A stretch of DNA of 49,958 nt from a virus (taxonomy: Duplodnaviria > Caudoviricetes), in IMG/VR virus record IMGVR_UViG_3300025296_000021, positions 1-49,958 of that record; one strand, given 5' to 3'. The position numbers and the translations under genes are program-made. Positions within the stretch are counted from its first letter, which is position 1; each line of letters starts with the position of its first letter. This document shows, piece after piece, positions 17,719-28,100 of this stretch. The notes under the pieces are model-generated. The model saw only the letters and a program-made list of their open reading frames with translations, did no database searches and was not told where the DNA came from.

Positions 17719-18147
17719 ATGTGGGAATCGGTCTTTATAGCAAGCATGTGGGCGTATTGGTTAAGCGAAGGATGCACGGAGGGGTACACGTTTGCAAATC
17801 CAGACAGGAGAAAAGAAAATAAACTTATTTGTGAACATAAAGGCAAGGGCGAGGGGGTACTAGATTATCATGCTTGGCGACTTGGAGAGAATATTGGCAC
17901 AGTGGGTGCTGTTGCCAGTGCATATATGGCCTCATCGGAGCCACTAAATTTTGCCATGATATTAACGGGGTCGTGGCTTACTGGAACGTGGATATATGAA
18001 AGAGCATTGAACTATGTTTTTTCTAACGAACTATTTCCACAAAAAGGCCCGTATCATTTAATGGGGATTGCAATTCCCCGAAACCAGCTTGTTGAAGGTG
18101 TGCTTACAGCTGGAGTTGGAACAGTATTAATTATGGGAGGTCTATAA
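17719..18147 (+). CDS. Membrane protein
   Basis: Several hydrophobic segments; coupled to the next gene. Confidence 0.6.
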   Translation: MWESVFIASMWAYWLSEGCTEGYTFANPDRRKENKLICEHKGKGEGVLDYHAWRLGENIGTVGAVASAYMASSEPLNFAMILTGSWLTGTWIYERALNYVFSNELFPQKGPYHLMGIAIPRNQLVEGVLTAGVGTVLIMGGL

Positions 18148-18299
18148 TGGACTGGGCAATGCAAAATTGGGAATACGTGATGCTTGGTGTCATGGTCGTT
18201 GACAAGGTAGTTGCTATGTCGCCAAGTAAGATGGATGATTTAATCTGGGTATCTATGAAGAAAGTTTTGATGGGCATGAGAGTACTGAAGAAAAAATAA
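18147..18299 (+). CDS. 50-aa holin-like peptide
   Basis: MDWAMQNWEYVMLGVMVVDKVVAMSPSKMDDLIW...KKK; TAATG-coupled on both sides, immediately before the endolysin. Confidence 0.65.
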   Translation: MDWAMQNWEYVMLGVMVVDKVVAMSPSKMDDLIWVSMKKVLMGMRVLKKK

Positions 18300-18772
18300 T
18301 GCCGTTCTATAGGGAAATAAAGAAAGTTGTTGAGAGGGAGGGTGGCTATGTAAATGACCCTGATGACCCCGGCGGTGAGACTAAGTACGGTATCTCTAAA
18401 AAGGCATATCCGAAAGTTGATATAAAACATCTTACATTGGATGATGCTGTAGAGATATATAAAAATGACTATTGGTTGCCTGCAAAGGTTGAACAACTTC
18501 CTGAAGGCTTGCAAGGTCAGTATTTTGATATGGTAGTCAATCAGGGAAAGGTCAAATCTGCCAGAATCTTACAACGTGCCTGCAATGGAAAAAATAAGAA
18601 TAAAATTGCAGTAGACGGTCAAGTTGGGCCAAAAACAATTAAAGCAACTGCGAAGTTAGAGCCTGAGAGGCTAATGGCTTATAGGCTTATGGAATATGCT
18701 AGGTTGGCACTCACTCGACCAGAGTTAGAAAAGTATTATTATGGCTGGGTAAAGCGAGCAATGCATGCCTAA
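18299..18772 (+). CDS. Endolysin, glycoside hydrolase family 108
   Basis: EGGYVNDPDDPGGETKYGIS, FDMVVNQG, VDGQVGPKT, GWVKR. Confidence 0.92.
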   Translation: MPFYREIKKVVEREGGYVNDPDDPGGETKYGISKKAYPKVDIKHLTLDDAVEIYKNDYWLPAKVEQLPEGLQGQYFDMVVNQGKVKSARILQRACNGKNKNKIAVDGQVGPKTIKATAKLEPERLMAYRLMEYARLALTRPELEKYYYGWVKRAMHA

Positions 18773-21209
18773 AACTTTTTACTATTTAAAAAACTTTGAA
18801 GGGGGTCTGGTTGATGCTTTCAATCCAAGGGATTTAAACAATAATGAACTTAGTGCGGCTCAAAATGTCATACTTGATGAGCGTAAGACTATTAGGACTC
18901 TTGGTGGGGATGCGACCCATGATGATATTAATGCAAGTCATGCTGCCAAAATTACTGGCGGGGCTGGGGTATTTGTATTTGGCTCTGACCATTTAAAGGG
19001 TGCCGCTGCTAATGATTATGGAGAAAACTGGCTTGCAATATGTGATGCCCCAAATTCTGCAATAGATTTATTTGATTTAAGTAGTGGTGCCTTTACTGTT
19101 GATGCGATTGATTTAGGTACTCCACAGAATGTGACCGTTAATAGTAGTTCTAATAATGTTACTATTGCAAATTCTACTAATACATCTACAGCTACCGCAG
19201 CTAGTAGTGCAAGTTTTGATGACACCATTAAGCCGGGAGATATAGTCCATATAGCTGGATTTTCTGGTGGTCTCGTGACAAGCAATTTAAATGGTGCATT
19301 TGTAAATTCTGTTAGCGATACGGTTATAACATTTAATAAAACATTTCCCGCTGTGGGTACTCAATCATCAGGAAATGTAATTTTTACTGTCCTGACTAAG
19401 GCTATATATTATTTTGTTGACGAGGCCTTAAGGGTGTCGGATGCATCTTTCTCTACCGGAACTAAGAATAAGTGGTATGGCTATATTAAAAGAAAGCATT
19501 TTCAGGATTTAACTCCCGGTGGCAGTGCAGATTCTTATGATAACTGGTTTTCTAATGATAATGACCTTGCTGCCCCAACCGAGGGTGCCTCCTCTGCTAC
19601 TTCCAATCTTGTGGGCACTGGGTATCCCGAAGCGGGATATGGATATAATATAAATGTTTCTTCAGCGGATACGGGAACATGGGATGGTTCAGAGTATCAA
19701 ATAGGTGTTTCCCATATCTATGATGGGAATCAAGAGTCGCTTCTTTATGTTCCGACTGCGAATAATACTATTACGCCGACTGCCAATCAGAATCTTACAA
19801 TTAATCTATTGGCAACTTCTCCTTTTGATGAGAGAAAAACTGGCGGAAGGATTTATATCAAAAAAACAGGTACAGACTATCCTTGGTCTCTTCTTGTGGA
19901 TATTGATTTAACACGTGGCGCACGTACCAAGATGGATTCAGATTATAAGGCTTGGGTTATAAATTCTGGAGCACAGGTAAAGGTCTTAGCTCTTGAGCTT
20001 GACGGTGAAAACGTGGAGACCTACGAGATTCTTAACGGATACACTCCCGACGAGTTTGCAAATAGTATTGGTGGTTCCGGAGAGGGCTATAAAACCGCAG
20101 TAATAGCCAATAGGCGGTGCTTTGTAGCAAACGTGAAGTTGACTAACGCCGAAGACAAGGGAACGACTACAATCCAAATGCGTGATAGAATTATGTATAC
20201 GCCAGTCGGCAGATTTGATACGTTTCCACGAAGTTTCTTTATTGATGTTGTGCAGGGCGACCCTGAAGAATGGATTCATCTTGAAGGGTTTGGTGATAGG
20301 TTGTTAGGTTTCAAGCAAAGAAAGCTTTACATATTAAATGTATCTTCTCCAACGTCCGGGGGATGGTTCCTAGAGGATGTGAAAGACTTTGCTGGTGTGC
20401 AACATTCGGCAGCCGTTGTGAAGACAGAGTTTGGTGTGATGTGGGCAAATGCGAATGGATGCTATCTATATGATGGTCGTGGGGTTCGCAATTTAATTCT
20501 GAATAAGATTAAAGAAACCAGCTGGGAAAATTTTATTAAGCCGACCAGTATTATGGGATATGTTCCCAAGCAATATTATGCTTATGTTTTAAAAGATTGC
20601 TTTGCCGACGATGGTGATGCTTATGTATATGATTTTCGCACAGGTGCTTGGGTTAGTGGCCAGTCTGTGTTTGCTGATGATTATAACAGGTCAAATAATG
20701 TAGTTGATTGGAATAATAACATGGTAAGTGTTTACCAATCTAAGAATGATGCTGCCGAGTATTGGGAAAATATTGGTGATAAATTCAATAGCATGACAGA
20801 CGACTGGGAACAGCTTGATTCAAGTACGCCGCCTGTTAATGTGAAGCAATGGGGTGATGATGCTGTTGGAAAAAATGTTAATACGATTGATATTAAAACT
20901 AAGGATATTGACTTTGAGGAGCCTGCATATACCAAAAGACTGTACTCGGTTCTGTGTACATATAAGAGCAGTTCTCCCCAGACCAATCCTATTCTGTATG
21001 CCACAGATGGTGGGACTACGTTCACTGCACTTACGGGAGACTTTTCCAGAACGTCAGACTGGAAGACTTTAAGGGCGACTCTTGCAAGGCCTGTGAATTG
21101 CCAGAGTGTAAGATTGCAGGTTACAAATTCTACAAATGTTGGAACGCTTGAGGTTAATGATATTAGTCTTGAGTTTAGACCAGTAAAGAAAAGGATTGCT
21201 ACTTCGTAA
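18765..21209 (+). CDS. Tail nozzle / tubular protein-like (beta-propeller)
   Basis: 814 aa. N-terminal NFEGGL...PRDL...AQNV, beta-rich body, C-terminal KTKDIDF..P...KRLY; synteny before ejection proteins. Confidence 0.65.
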   Translation: MPKTFYYLKNFEGGLVDAFNPRDLNNNELSAAQNVILDERKTIRTLGGDATHDDINASHAAKITGGAGVFVFGSDHLKGAAANDYGENWLAICDAPNSAIDLFDLSSGAFTVDAIDLGTPQNVTVNSSSNNVTIANSTNTSTATAASSASFDDTIKPGDIVHIAGFSGGLVTSNLNGAFVNSVSDTVITFNKTFPAVGTQSSGNVIFTVLTKAIYYFVDEALRVSDASFSTGTKNKWYGYIKRKHFQDLTPGGSADSYDNWFSNDNDLAAPTEGASSATSNLVGTGYPEAGYGYNINVSSADTGTWDGSEYQIGVSHIYDGNQESLLYVPTANNTITPTANQNLTINLLATSPFDERKTGGRIYIKKTGTDYPWSLLVDIDLTRGARTKMDSDYKAWVINSGAQVKVLALELDGENVETYEILNGYTPDEFANSIGGSGEGYKTAVIANRRCFVANVKLTNAEDKGTTTIQMRDRIMYTPVGRFDTFPRSFFIDVVQGDPEEWIHLEGFGDRLLGFKQRKLYILNVSSPTSGGWFLEDVKDFAGVQHSAAVVKTEFGVMWANANGCYLYDGRGVRNLILNKIKETSWENFIKPTSIMGYVPKQYYAYVLKDCFADDGDAYVYDFRTGAWVSGQSVFADDYNRSNNVVDWNNNMVSVYQSKNDAAEYWENIGDKFNSMTDDWEQLDSSTPPVNVKQWGDDAVGKNVNTIDIKTKDIDFEEPAYTKRLYSVLCTYKSSSPQTNPILYATDGGTTFTALTGDFSRTSDWKTLRATLARPVNCQSVRLQVTNSTNVGTLEVNDISLEFRPVKKRIATS

Positions 21210-21433
21210 TGTCGATGACCAGAGAAGAAAGGCGTATGCGACATCTAAAGCAGGACGCTGTACGCTTTACAGATAAGGCACCGTCTATGGGTGAAATGAC
21301 TGAGGGCGAGATAAGATTTTCTCTCTCGATGGGGAATAATTTAACAATGTATGTCAGAAAGGGAAATAAATTATGGTTCTCAGAGCTGACGCAAGTATCT
21401 GAGGGAACTGATTTAAGATGGGGGAGTTTTTGA
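21209..21433 (+). CDS. Small tail-associated protein
   Basis: TAATG-coupled to the nozzle gene. Confidence 0.6.
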   Translation: MSMTREERRMRHLKQDAVRFTDKAPSMGEMTEGEIRFSLSMGNNLTMYVRKGNKLWFSELTQVSEGTDLRWGSF

Positions 21434-21434
21434 G

Positions 21435-22139
21435 ATGGCGAATTATAATATACAGGCCTTGCTAAGAGACCTAGGACAGCAGCAGTCCTCTTTGTTTGAA
21501 ATGGCAGGTGCTTCTGCTGGCATGCACGGAATAAGAGATGAGAGTGCACTGCAGAAATGGAGGCGAAGCATCGGCGAGCAACAACTTTCCGAAGCTGATA
21601 GGCGACAGGGTAGGGTAGCCAAGCAACAAAAAAGCGGGCTTAGAGGTGCCGCAGCGGGGTATGGTCTAGGTGAAGTGATTAAGTTTGGTGTAAAAAAGTT
21701 GTTTCCACAGTTAGAGGTTGCTGATGTGCTTTGGAAAGCCTTTAAGGCTTATACGACCTATAAGGGCTACCAACGAGGTGCTAAAGATGTTCCCTATAAT
21801 TATAGAGGCATCTCTAAAGAGGGGCCACGAACTACATTTGGCAAGCCAGCATTTAAAGATATTGCAAGCGACATTGAAAGAATTAATATTCAAGGCGGTA
21901 CAATGGAGGCTTTACATTCGGCCGCCGGAGAAGAGATGGCACAAAAACTTGGAATGATGTTAATGCCTTGGGGTGATATTGGGGAAGTGGCTACATCCGT
22001 GCTGCCCGGAGGTCAGACATTTACCAATGTTTATGACATGCTACAAGAAGGAAGGCAGGTTTATAATCCGTACGACCCGAATGCAGCATCGGGATGGGAT
22101 AAATATTTTGATACATTTATTAGACAAAGGCCCGGATAA
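21435..22139 (+). CDS. Putative internal virion/ejection protein
   Basis: Ala/Gly/Gln-rich helical protein following the tail genes. Confidence 0.55.
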   Translation: MANYNIQALLRDLGQQQSSLFEMAGASAGMHGIRDESALQKWRRSIGEQQLSEADRRQGRVAKQQKSGLRGAAAGYGLGEVIKFGVKKLFPQLEVADVLWKAFKAYTTYKGYQRGAKDVPYNYRGISKEGPRTTFGKPAFKDIASDIERINIQGGTMEALHSAAGEEMAQKLGMMLMPWGDIGEVATSVLPGGQTFTNVYDMLQEGRQVYNPYDPNAASGWDKYFDTFIRQRPG

Positions 22140-23345
22140 ATGGCAACTTATACACAAGAACAAATAGACGCAGCAGACTTAGCAGGCATTGACCTTACCA
22201 ACCTAGGCATTGGTGGGTATGAAGGTATGGACTATACCGGGATACCTGAAGATGTTAGTGGTCTTGTTTCAGGTACGGGCCTTGAAAAGTATGAAGATAT
22301 ATTTGCTCCTGACTTGTCTACGCCCGCAGGTATTGAGGCATATAAGCTTCAGCTTGGGACAATGTTTCCAGACCTTGCAGACTCAGAAGGCAGAGTTAGA
22401 GAGGATTTACTTCCGTATTTACCTGAATTTCCCGGAGAGCAGTATTCATCTATTCTTGATGCCCTAAGGGCTAAGAGAGAAAGAGAGTCGGGCTTGATTG
22501 GTGAGGAATATGGGTTGGGAGTGGGTGAGTTACGAAGGGGGCTTGGGACTGCAACTTCAGCATTTGGGTCTACTACTAGAGATATACAGCGAAGAGCAGA
22601 TTTAGCACAAGAGGGCTACTTGGAAGGGGCAAAAGGAGTTGAGAGGCAGTATGGTATAGCTGGTGCTGGCATTGAGCTTGGAAGGTCACGTGATGTTGCC
22701 TCATCTAGAAGAAAATTTGCAGAGGGCAGAACACAACTTCGCGGTTCGTTGCTGGGACAAGCTGGGGGACTCAGACAGTTCGGTGCACAAACAGGATTTA
22801 AAGGAACGGGTGTTCAGGAAGGTGGCAAGACTGCTCTTTTTCGTAGGAGCGCAGAGGAATTGGCTGGCCTTTCTGGTGGATACGCAGACCAGCAGAGACG
22901 TATCGCAGAAGATGCTGCGCTTGCCACTCGAGGCATTACAGAAGAGCGTCGTGGTGGATTGCGAAGATTGCAGTTAGGAAGAAAGGAGTCTTTGGGTTCT
23001 CTTGCAAGGGAAGGTACTCAGGCTACGCAACGGTATCGTGATTTGGTTGGACAGACAAGAACAAAATCTTCTATACTAGGACTTGAACGGGGTAGAAAAG
23101 AAAGTCTATTACAGGAAGCTATTGAATCTGGTATACTGGGAGCAAGAGGGCAGGCGCGTTCATTTGTTTCAGGGCTTTCAGGAACGGCTCTTAATCTTGC
23201 AAGGCTTGGGGCCGAGAAAGGTCAAGGATGGAAACAGCATCCAACCGACTCTGAGAGGTATTTTAATCCTATTACTGGAGAAGAAGGATATTGGGATACC
23301 GAAACTGGAGAATGGGTTTTGACGGGGAAGAAAGGCCCTGTTTAG
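22140..23345 (+). CDS. Putative internal virion/ejection protein
   Basis: Long Gly/Ala/Arg-rich helical repeats. Confidence 0.55.
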   Translation: MATYTQEQIDAADLAGIDLTNLGIGGYEGMDYTGIPEDVSGLVSGTGLEKYEDIFAPDLSTPAGIEAYKLQLGTMFPDLADSEGRVREDLLPYLPEFPGEQYSSILDALRAKRERESGLIGEEYGLGVGELRRGLGTATSAFGSTTRDIQRRADLAQEGYLEGAKGVERQYGIAGAGIELGRSRDVASSRRKFAEGRTQLRGSLLGQAGGLRQFGAQTGFKGTGVQEGGKTALFRRSAEELAGLSGGYADQQRRIAEDAALATRGITEERRGGLRRLQLGRKESLGSLAREGTQATQRYRDLVGQTRTKSSILGLERGRKESLLQEAIESGILGARGQARSFVSGLSGTALNLARLGAEKGQGWKQHPTDSERYFNPITGEEGYWDTETGEWVLTGKKGPV

Positions 23346-23361
23346 AAAATTGGAGACATAA

Positions 23362-25131
23362 ATGGCAACACCATATAGCGTACCATCTATAAACGATATT
23401 ATTTACTCTCGGAGTAGGGTGCCGAGCATGGAGCAGATTACTTTTAATAATCTTCTGACTGCTATTCAAAAGGTGCAGGATGCTGGAGAGACAAAGAAAG
23501 AGAGAGAGTTTGTCCTTGAGAGAGACAGGCTTGCAAACGAAGCTGCAGCTGATAGAGACCGTCGCCAGACGGAAGTGCAGAAAGCACGGGACTTGGCTAG
23601 TGATAAATGGAGGAGAGGACAAGCAAAAGAATCTTCTCGTAGGAGAACTGAAGACTTACATCGTGCGGATATGAATGAATCTTTTAATGTGCTAGAGAGT
23701 CTTTTAGATGATGGAAACCTTCCGGCATCTAAATCGGCCATAAATAAGATTCGGTCGAAACCCGGATATAATGAGGAGAGTTGGGGAGACAGACTTACTT
23801 TATATGAAGAAGATTTAGCATATAAACAGGTAGAACAAGCCAAGGTCGATGGGGCTAGGAAAACCCTGAGAGACTTTTTTAATAACCAGCTTCCTTGGGA
23901 GGATGTATTAACGTCAGATTTTATGCTGAATGCCACAGAGGCCCAATTCGAGAGGCTTTTAAGCAAGCGCAATTTAAATGAAAAAGAGAGAACTGGTATT
24001 CAAGATGCGGTATTCGATTCCGACCTTAAGCTGTTGGATGGTGAGATTATGTATTGGGCTAAAGAACGTCAAGAACAGTGGGCACTCGCGGACGAGGAAG
24101 GAAAGCAAGAATTGGATGCTAATCTTGAAGAAGCTTTGCTAGCCAAAACAGCGCGTGAGGAGGAGGAGTATCTTAAACGTGGTCTTATGAAACCCAAGGA
24201 GAAGGATGACAAAAGAACTCCCGAAGAAGTCATGGCTGGCCTCAAGACCTTTGACCTTAGAACTGCGCTGACTACTTTCTGGTCAGTTGTAAAGCCCGGT
24301 GGGCAGCAGTTTCTAGACCCAGCAGCGTTAGATGCTGTTGAATCAGATGTCTTCTCAGGTTTATTTATTCCTATAGTTTCCCCAGAAGGCCATTACGTAT
24401 GGTTTAAGTCGCGTGAGCAGGCTCTTAAGGATGGTGATATTACTGAAGATTATAGATACGATATCAATGATGGAAGTACTGATTGGCAGCCTACTGGCAT
24501 AATAGACTCGAAGAAAGATAAGCTTCTGCAAGATACTAAGCATCTGTCTGGCATGGGTGAATTATTGGAGAGCCTTGAGCAGGAAATGGTAAGTGAGGAC
24601 ATGGTGGCCGATAGGGCTAGGGGCTATGGTGCCAATCAAAGGATGTCTAATGCGGAAGATGAAAACCCTGCTAGTCCTATTTGGGCGGCCAAGCCCGGTC
24701 ATGTTCCTCCTGACAGTCCCGACTATGTTCCAAAAAGTATGCGTGAGCTTTTCGGTTATGTACGACAGGTAGATGCGCAGCTTAATAAATATAGAAAAAT
24801 GGCAATAAGAAACAAAAAAGATAAAAAGGTCGTAGCCGCTGCAGAAGGTGTCAAGCAATGGGCAATCACGCAGTTAACTCACCTAAGAGAGTCTACTTCG
24901 CAGCCCGGCATATATGATAAACAAACTGGTAATTTAATAATTAAACTTGTCAATACAATAGACTCAACACTTGAACAGCTTCAAGGCAACTCTTGGATGT
25001 ATAAGAGTTACAGATTTAGGCCTAGGGGGCGTGCAAGTCAAGAAATTTTTGGGAAAGAAAGGAAGGGAGGATTTACGCGGCAGGTGAAACCAATGGGCAT
25101 TCCCCCGCAAAAGCCTCGGATGCTGAGATAA
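23362..25131 (+). CDS. Putative internal virion/ejection protein (coiled coil)
   Basis: Charged coiled-coil N-terminal half; GGAG SD. Confidence 0.55.
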   Translation: MATPYSVPSINDIIYSRSRVPSMEQITFNNLLTAIQKVQDAGETKKEREFVLERDRLANEAAADRDRRQTEVQKARDLASDKWRRGQAKESSRRRTEDLHRADMNESFNVLESLLDDGNLPASKSAINKIRSKPGYNEESWGDRLTLYEEDLAYKQVEQAKVDGARKTLRDFFNNQLPWEDVLTSDFMLNATEAQFERLLSKRNLNEKERTGIQDAVFDSDLKLLDGEIMYWAKERQEQWALADEEGKQELDANLEEALLAKTAREEEEYLKRGLMKPKEKDDKRTPEEVMAGLKTFDLRTALTTFWSVVKPGGQQFLDPAALDAVESDVFSGLFIPIVSPEGHYVWFKSREQALKDGDITEDYRYDINDGSTDWQPTGIIDSKKDKLLQDTKHLSGMGELLESLEQEMVSEDMVADRARGYGANQRMSNAEDENPASPIWAAKPGHVPPDSPDYVPKSMRELFGYVRQVDAQLNKYRKMAIRNKKDKKVVAAAEGVKQWAITQLTHLRESTSQPGIYDKQTGNLIIKLVNTIDSTLEQLQGNSWMYKSYRFRPRGRASQEIFGKERKGGFTRQVKPMGIPPQKPRMLR

Positions 25132-25134
25132 GAT

Positions 25135-28100
25135 ATGCCAGCTGAACGTATAAGATATGTAGAAGACCCTCGCTTTCCCGGTATGCGGATACCAGTGTCG
25201 GCAACAACCGAAAAGGAGACTGATAGGCTATCGAGCCATGATGTCTTTTTTGCTACACCCTATACACCCGAGCCAGAGAAGGAAGATTGGGCTGATAGCC
25301 TACCTTATTTCATTAAAAGGGGATATAATGAATCCATTCAAGGTGCCGTACATCAGATTGCAAAGGGTAAGAAAAAATTTGATTTAAGTGGGTATGAACC
25401 GGGGGCAGTAGAAGACTTGGCTGCTGGTTTTATATCCTTTTTTATGCCTGAAGATTTAATCGCTTTAGGTGCTGGTGCTCTTATGGGTGGTGGTGTGGCG
25501 AGTATTGGAACTTCCTTTGCCGCAAGGCAAGCGGTTAAGAAGCTGGTTCTTAATGGCGTTAAGAAGGAAGTAGCTGAGAGGGCAGTGAAAATGGCCTCGG
25601 TAAAGACAACAGCTCGCGTGATGGCTGGTGCTACCTCTTCTGGTATCCAACTAGGAAGTTATGAAGGTCTTAAGTCTGGGCTTCAGCAGAAGGCCGAGCG
25701 TGGCGATATAGATTTAACTGAAGTATCCAAGGCTATGGCTTCTGGTGCAATCGTGGGTGCCTCCATGGGGGGCGTAGGAGCAGCTTTAAAGGCTAAGGGT
25801 GTGCCATTGCCTCTTGCCGTTCCTGCTGAGGTTGGTACGCTTGGTACGGTAGGCCCTTTAACTGTGGGAGAGCTTCCGACGCCAAAAGATTATGTTGACG
25901 CAGCAGGCATGGTTCTAGGTATTAAAACAGTTGGTGGCGTCACCAAGAGAACAGCCAAGGCAATTAATTATATTGCTGGTAAGTATAAGACAGAGAAAAA
26001 GCTTAGTCCCGAAGAAGCTACTATTGAAGCCCGTAAGCGGGCCAAAGAACAGGAAACGGTTCGCAAAAAGAAAGAGGTTTGGTACTCACGCTTCGGAGAG
26101 AAGCGACAGGTAAAGGTTGGTTCTTCCTATGAGTCGAAAAGAGGGGTTGTTAAAATTCCTCTTTATGACGCTGTTACTGGTGTAGCTATCCCAGCCGTAA
26201 CAGAGGCTAACTTCTATAAGCTCTACACCCGTAGAAAGGGACAGATAAAAGAGACATCTGGTCTTATTAAGACCGTTAACTTCGAGAAGAAGAGTGAAGG
26301 ACACAAGAGATTGTCTCAGAATCTTGACTCTATGATTGAGACAGAAGCATTGTTGCCTGCACATAAACAGGTTTTAATGGAGGTTTTAAGGTATACAGAC
26401 TCCAAGTCGATGGATAAGCTGGTCTCAGAGAGTTCTGGTCGCTTGAAGAAAGTCCCCGGTAGGTATGTTTCCGTCTGGAAAAAAGTTGGAGACAGCAGAG
26501 AGTATCAGCCAACAATTCGTATGAAAAAAGGGCATGGTACTGAGGTTAAAACTCGCATACAAGAGAATCCTACAAGTCTACATGGGTTTGTAGACGCAGG
26601 AAGGACATTTTTACACGAGTTTGGTCATTATGCTTATTATACTTTACTTAATCCGAAGCAGAGACAGGCCATGGACAAGCTCTATAATTCTATGAATCGT
26701 CAACAACGCAGGGATTATTTTAAAGCTGCTGGCCTTCCAGAGCATGCATATAAATATTACGCTAAAAATAAAGCTGAGTTCTTTGCTCAGGCATTTGCAG
26801 AGTATACTATTGCCGAGAGGGTTCCTGCCGCTGCTTATGCTCCCCTTTACAAGCAGACACTTTCAAAACTCTCTGAGTATGTAAGGGGAGTCCATGAACG
26901 TAAGGGTCTTTACGAGCGTGGTAAGGGCGAGAAGTACGACCCGATTACTGGTTTAATGTCAGGCGTATTTGATAAGGTTCTTGGAAAGGAGAAGCCCACA
27001 GGTCAAAGGGCAAAGACCAATCTCAGGGAGTCACGGATTAAGTATGTTCAGAGCACAGCTCTTGGCGATAAGGGATTAAAAATGAGTCGTGAGAGTTACG
27101 AGAGCTTGAAACGTACTGTGACTGAGTCAAAGGAATCTATCAAATTAAAAGACATGACTGACGGTCAGCTTGTTAAGATGGTAGACCGTGTTCGGCTTGA
27201 GCGTGACGTGATAAAGATTACTAAAGATTTACTTCATAGTGGTGCCAATATCCCAGAGGTTGCGAAGAACGCAAGTTCTCATGAGAGTGTGCTTGCTCCT
27301 CTTCGTCCAGCCGGGAAAAGACTTGAGAGAGTACCAGAGGGAAGAGAGTTTTCTAAGCTCATAGAAGATGCAGAGCTAACCAAAAAGCGTGCAGAGGGCG
27401 AGTTCTATGACATGCTTAAATCAGCTGGACTGTTCCGCTTGTTTGAAGGTAAGAAAAAGGGCCGTAAGCGTGGAGAGCAAATCTCCGCTGATATTGAGAA
27501 CCCAAAGGTGAAAACAGTATTTAATAAAGTTCTTGACAAGATGTATTACGAGTGGGCCTTGGATATGAAAAAGATGGGAGCGGATGTTCAGCCCTACAGA
27601 ACGGACTATCTGCCTCGCGTTTGGAAAGAAAAGATTTCTCAGATTGTATTTGATGATATGTATACAGCTACACAAAAAATAAAAGCTTTGAACTCTGCTG
27701 TTGCTGGTGACTTAAAACTTACCAAAGCAGAGAGGGGAATGTTGAATAATCAAATAAAAAAATATTCTGAAAAATACTTTTCTGATGATACCAAGGGAAT
27801 GCTAGAGCTTCTCAGGAGGGGAAGGCCAAGCGTTACCGGGGGTCGTATGGATTACTTTGAAGCATTTGAATTGTTAAAGCAAAATGCTTACAGGGAAAAG
27901 TATTCTACCTTTGGTAATCTTGAGAAGCCACGAAAATCATTGAAGGCTCCTGAACATTTCTACGAGAGGGATGCACGTATTATTCTTGCACGATATAGTA
28001 CAAAACTAGCCAGTAGGTATGCTTATGTCAAGCACTTCGGGCCAAAGGGCGAGAAGGGTAATGCTCTTATTAGGAATATTGAAGCAAAAGATGCTAAACT

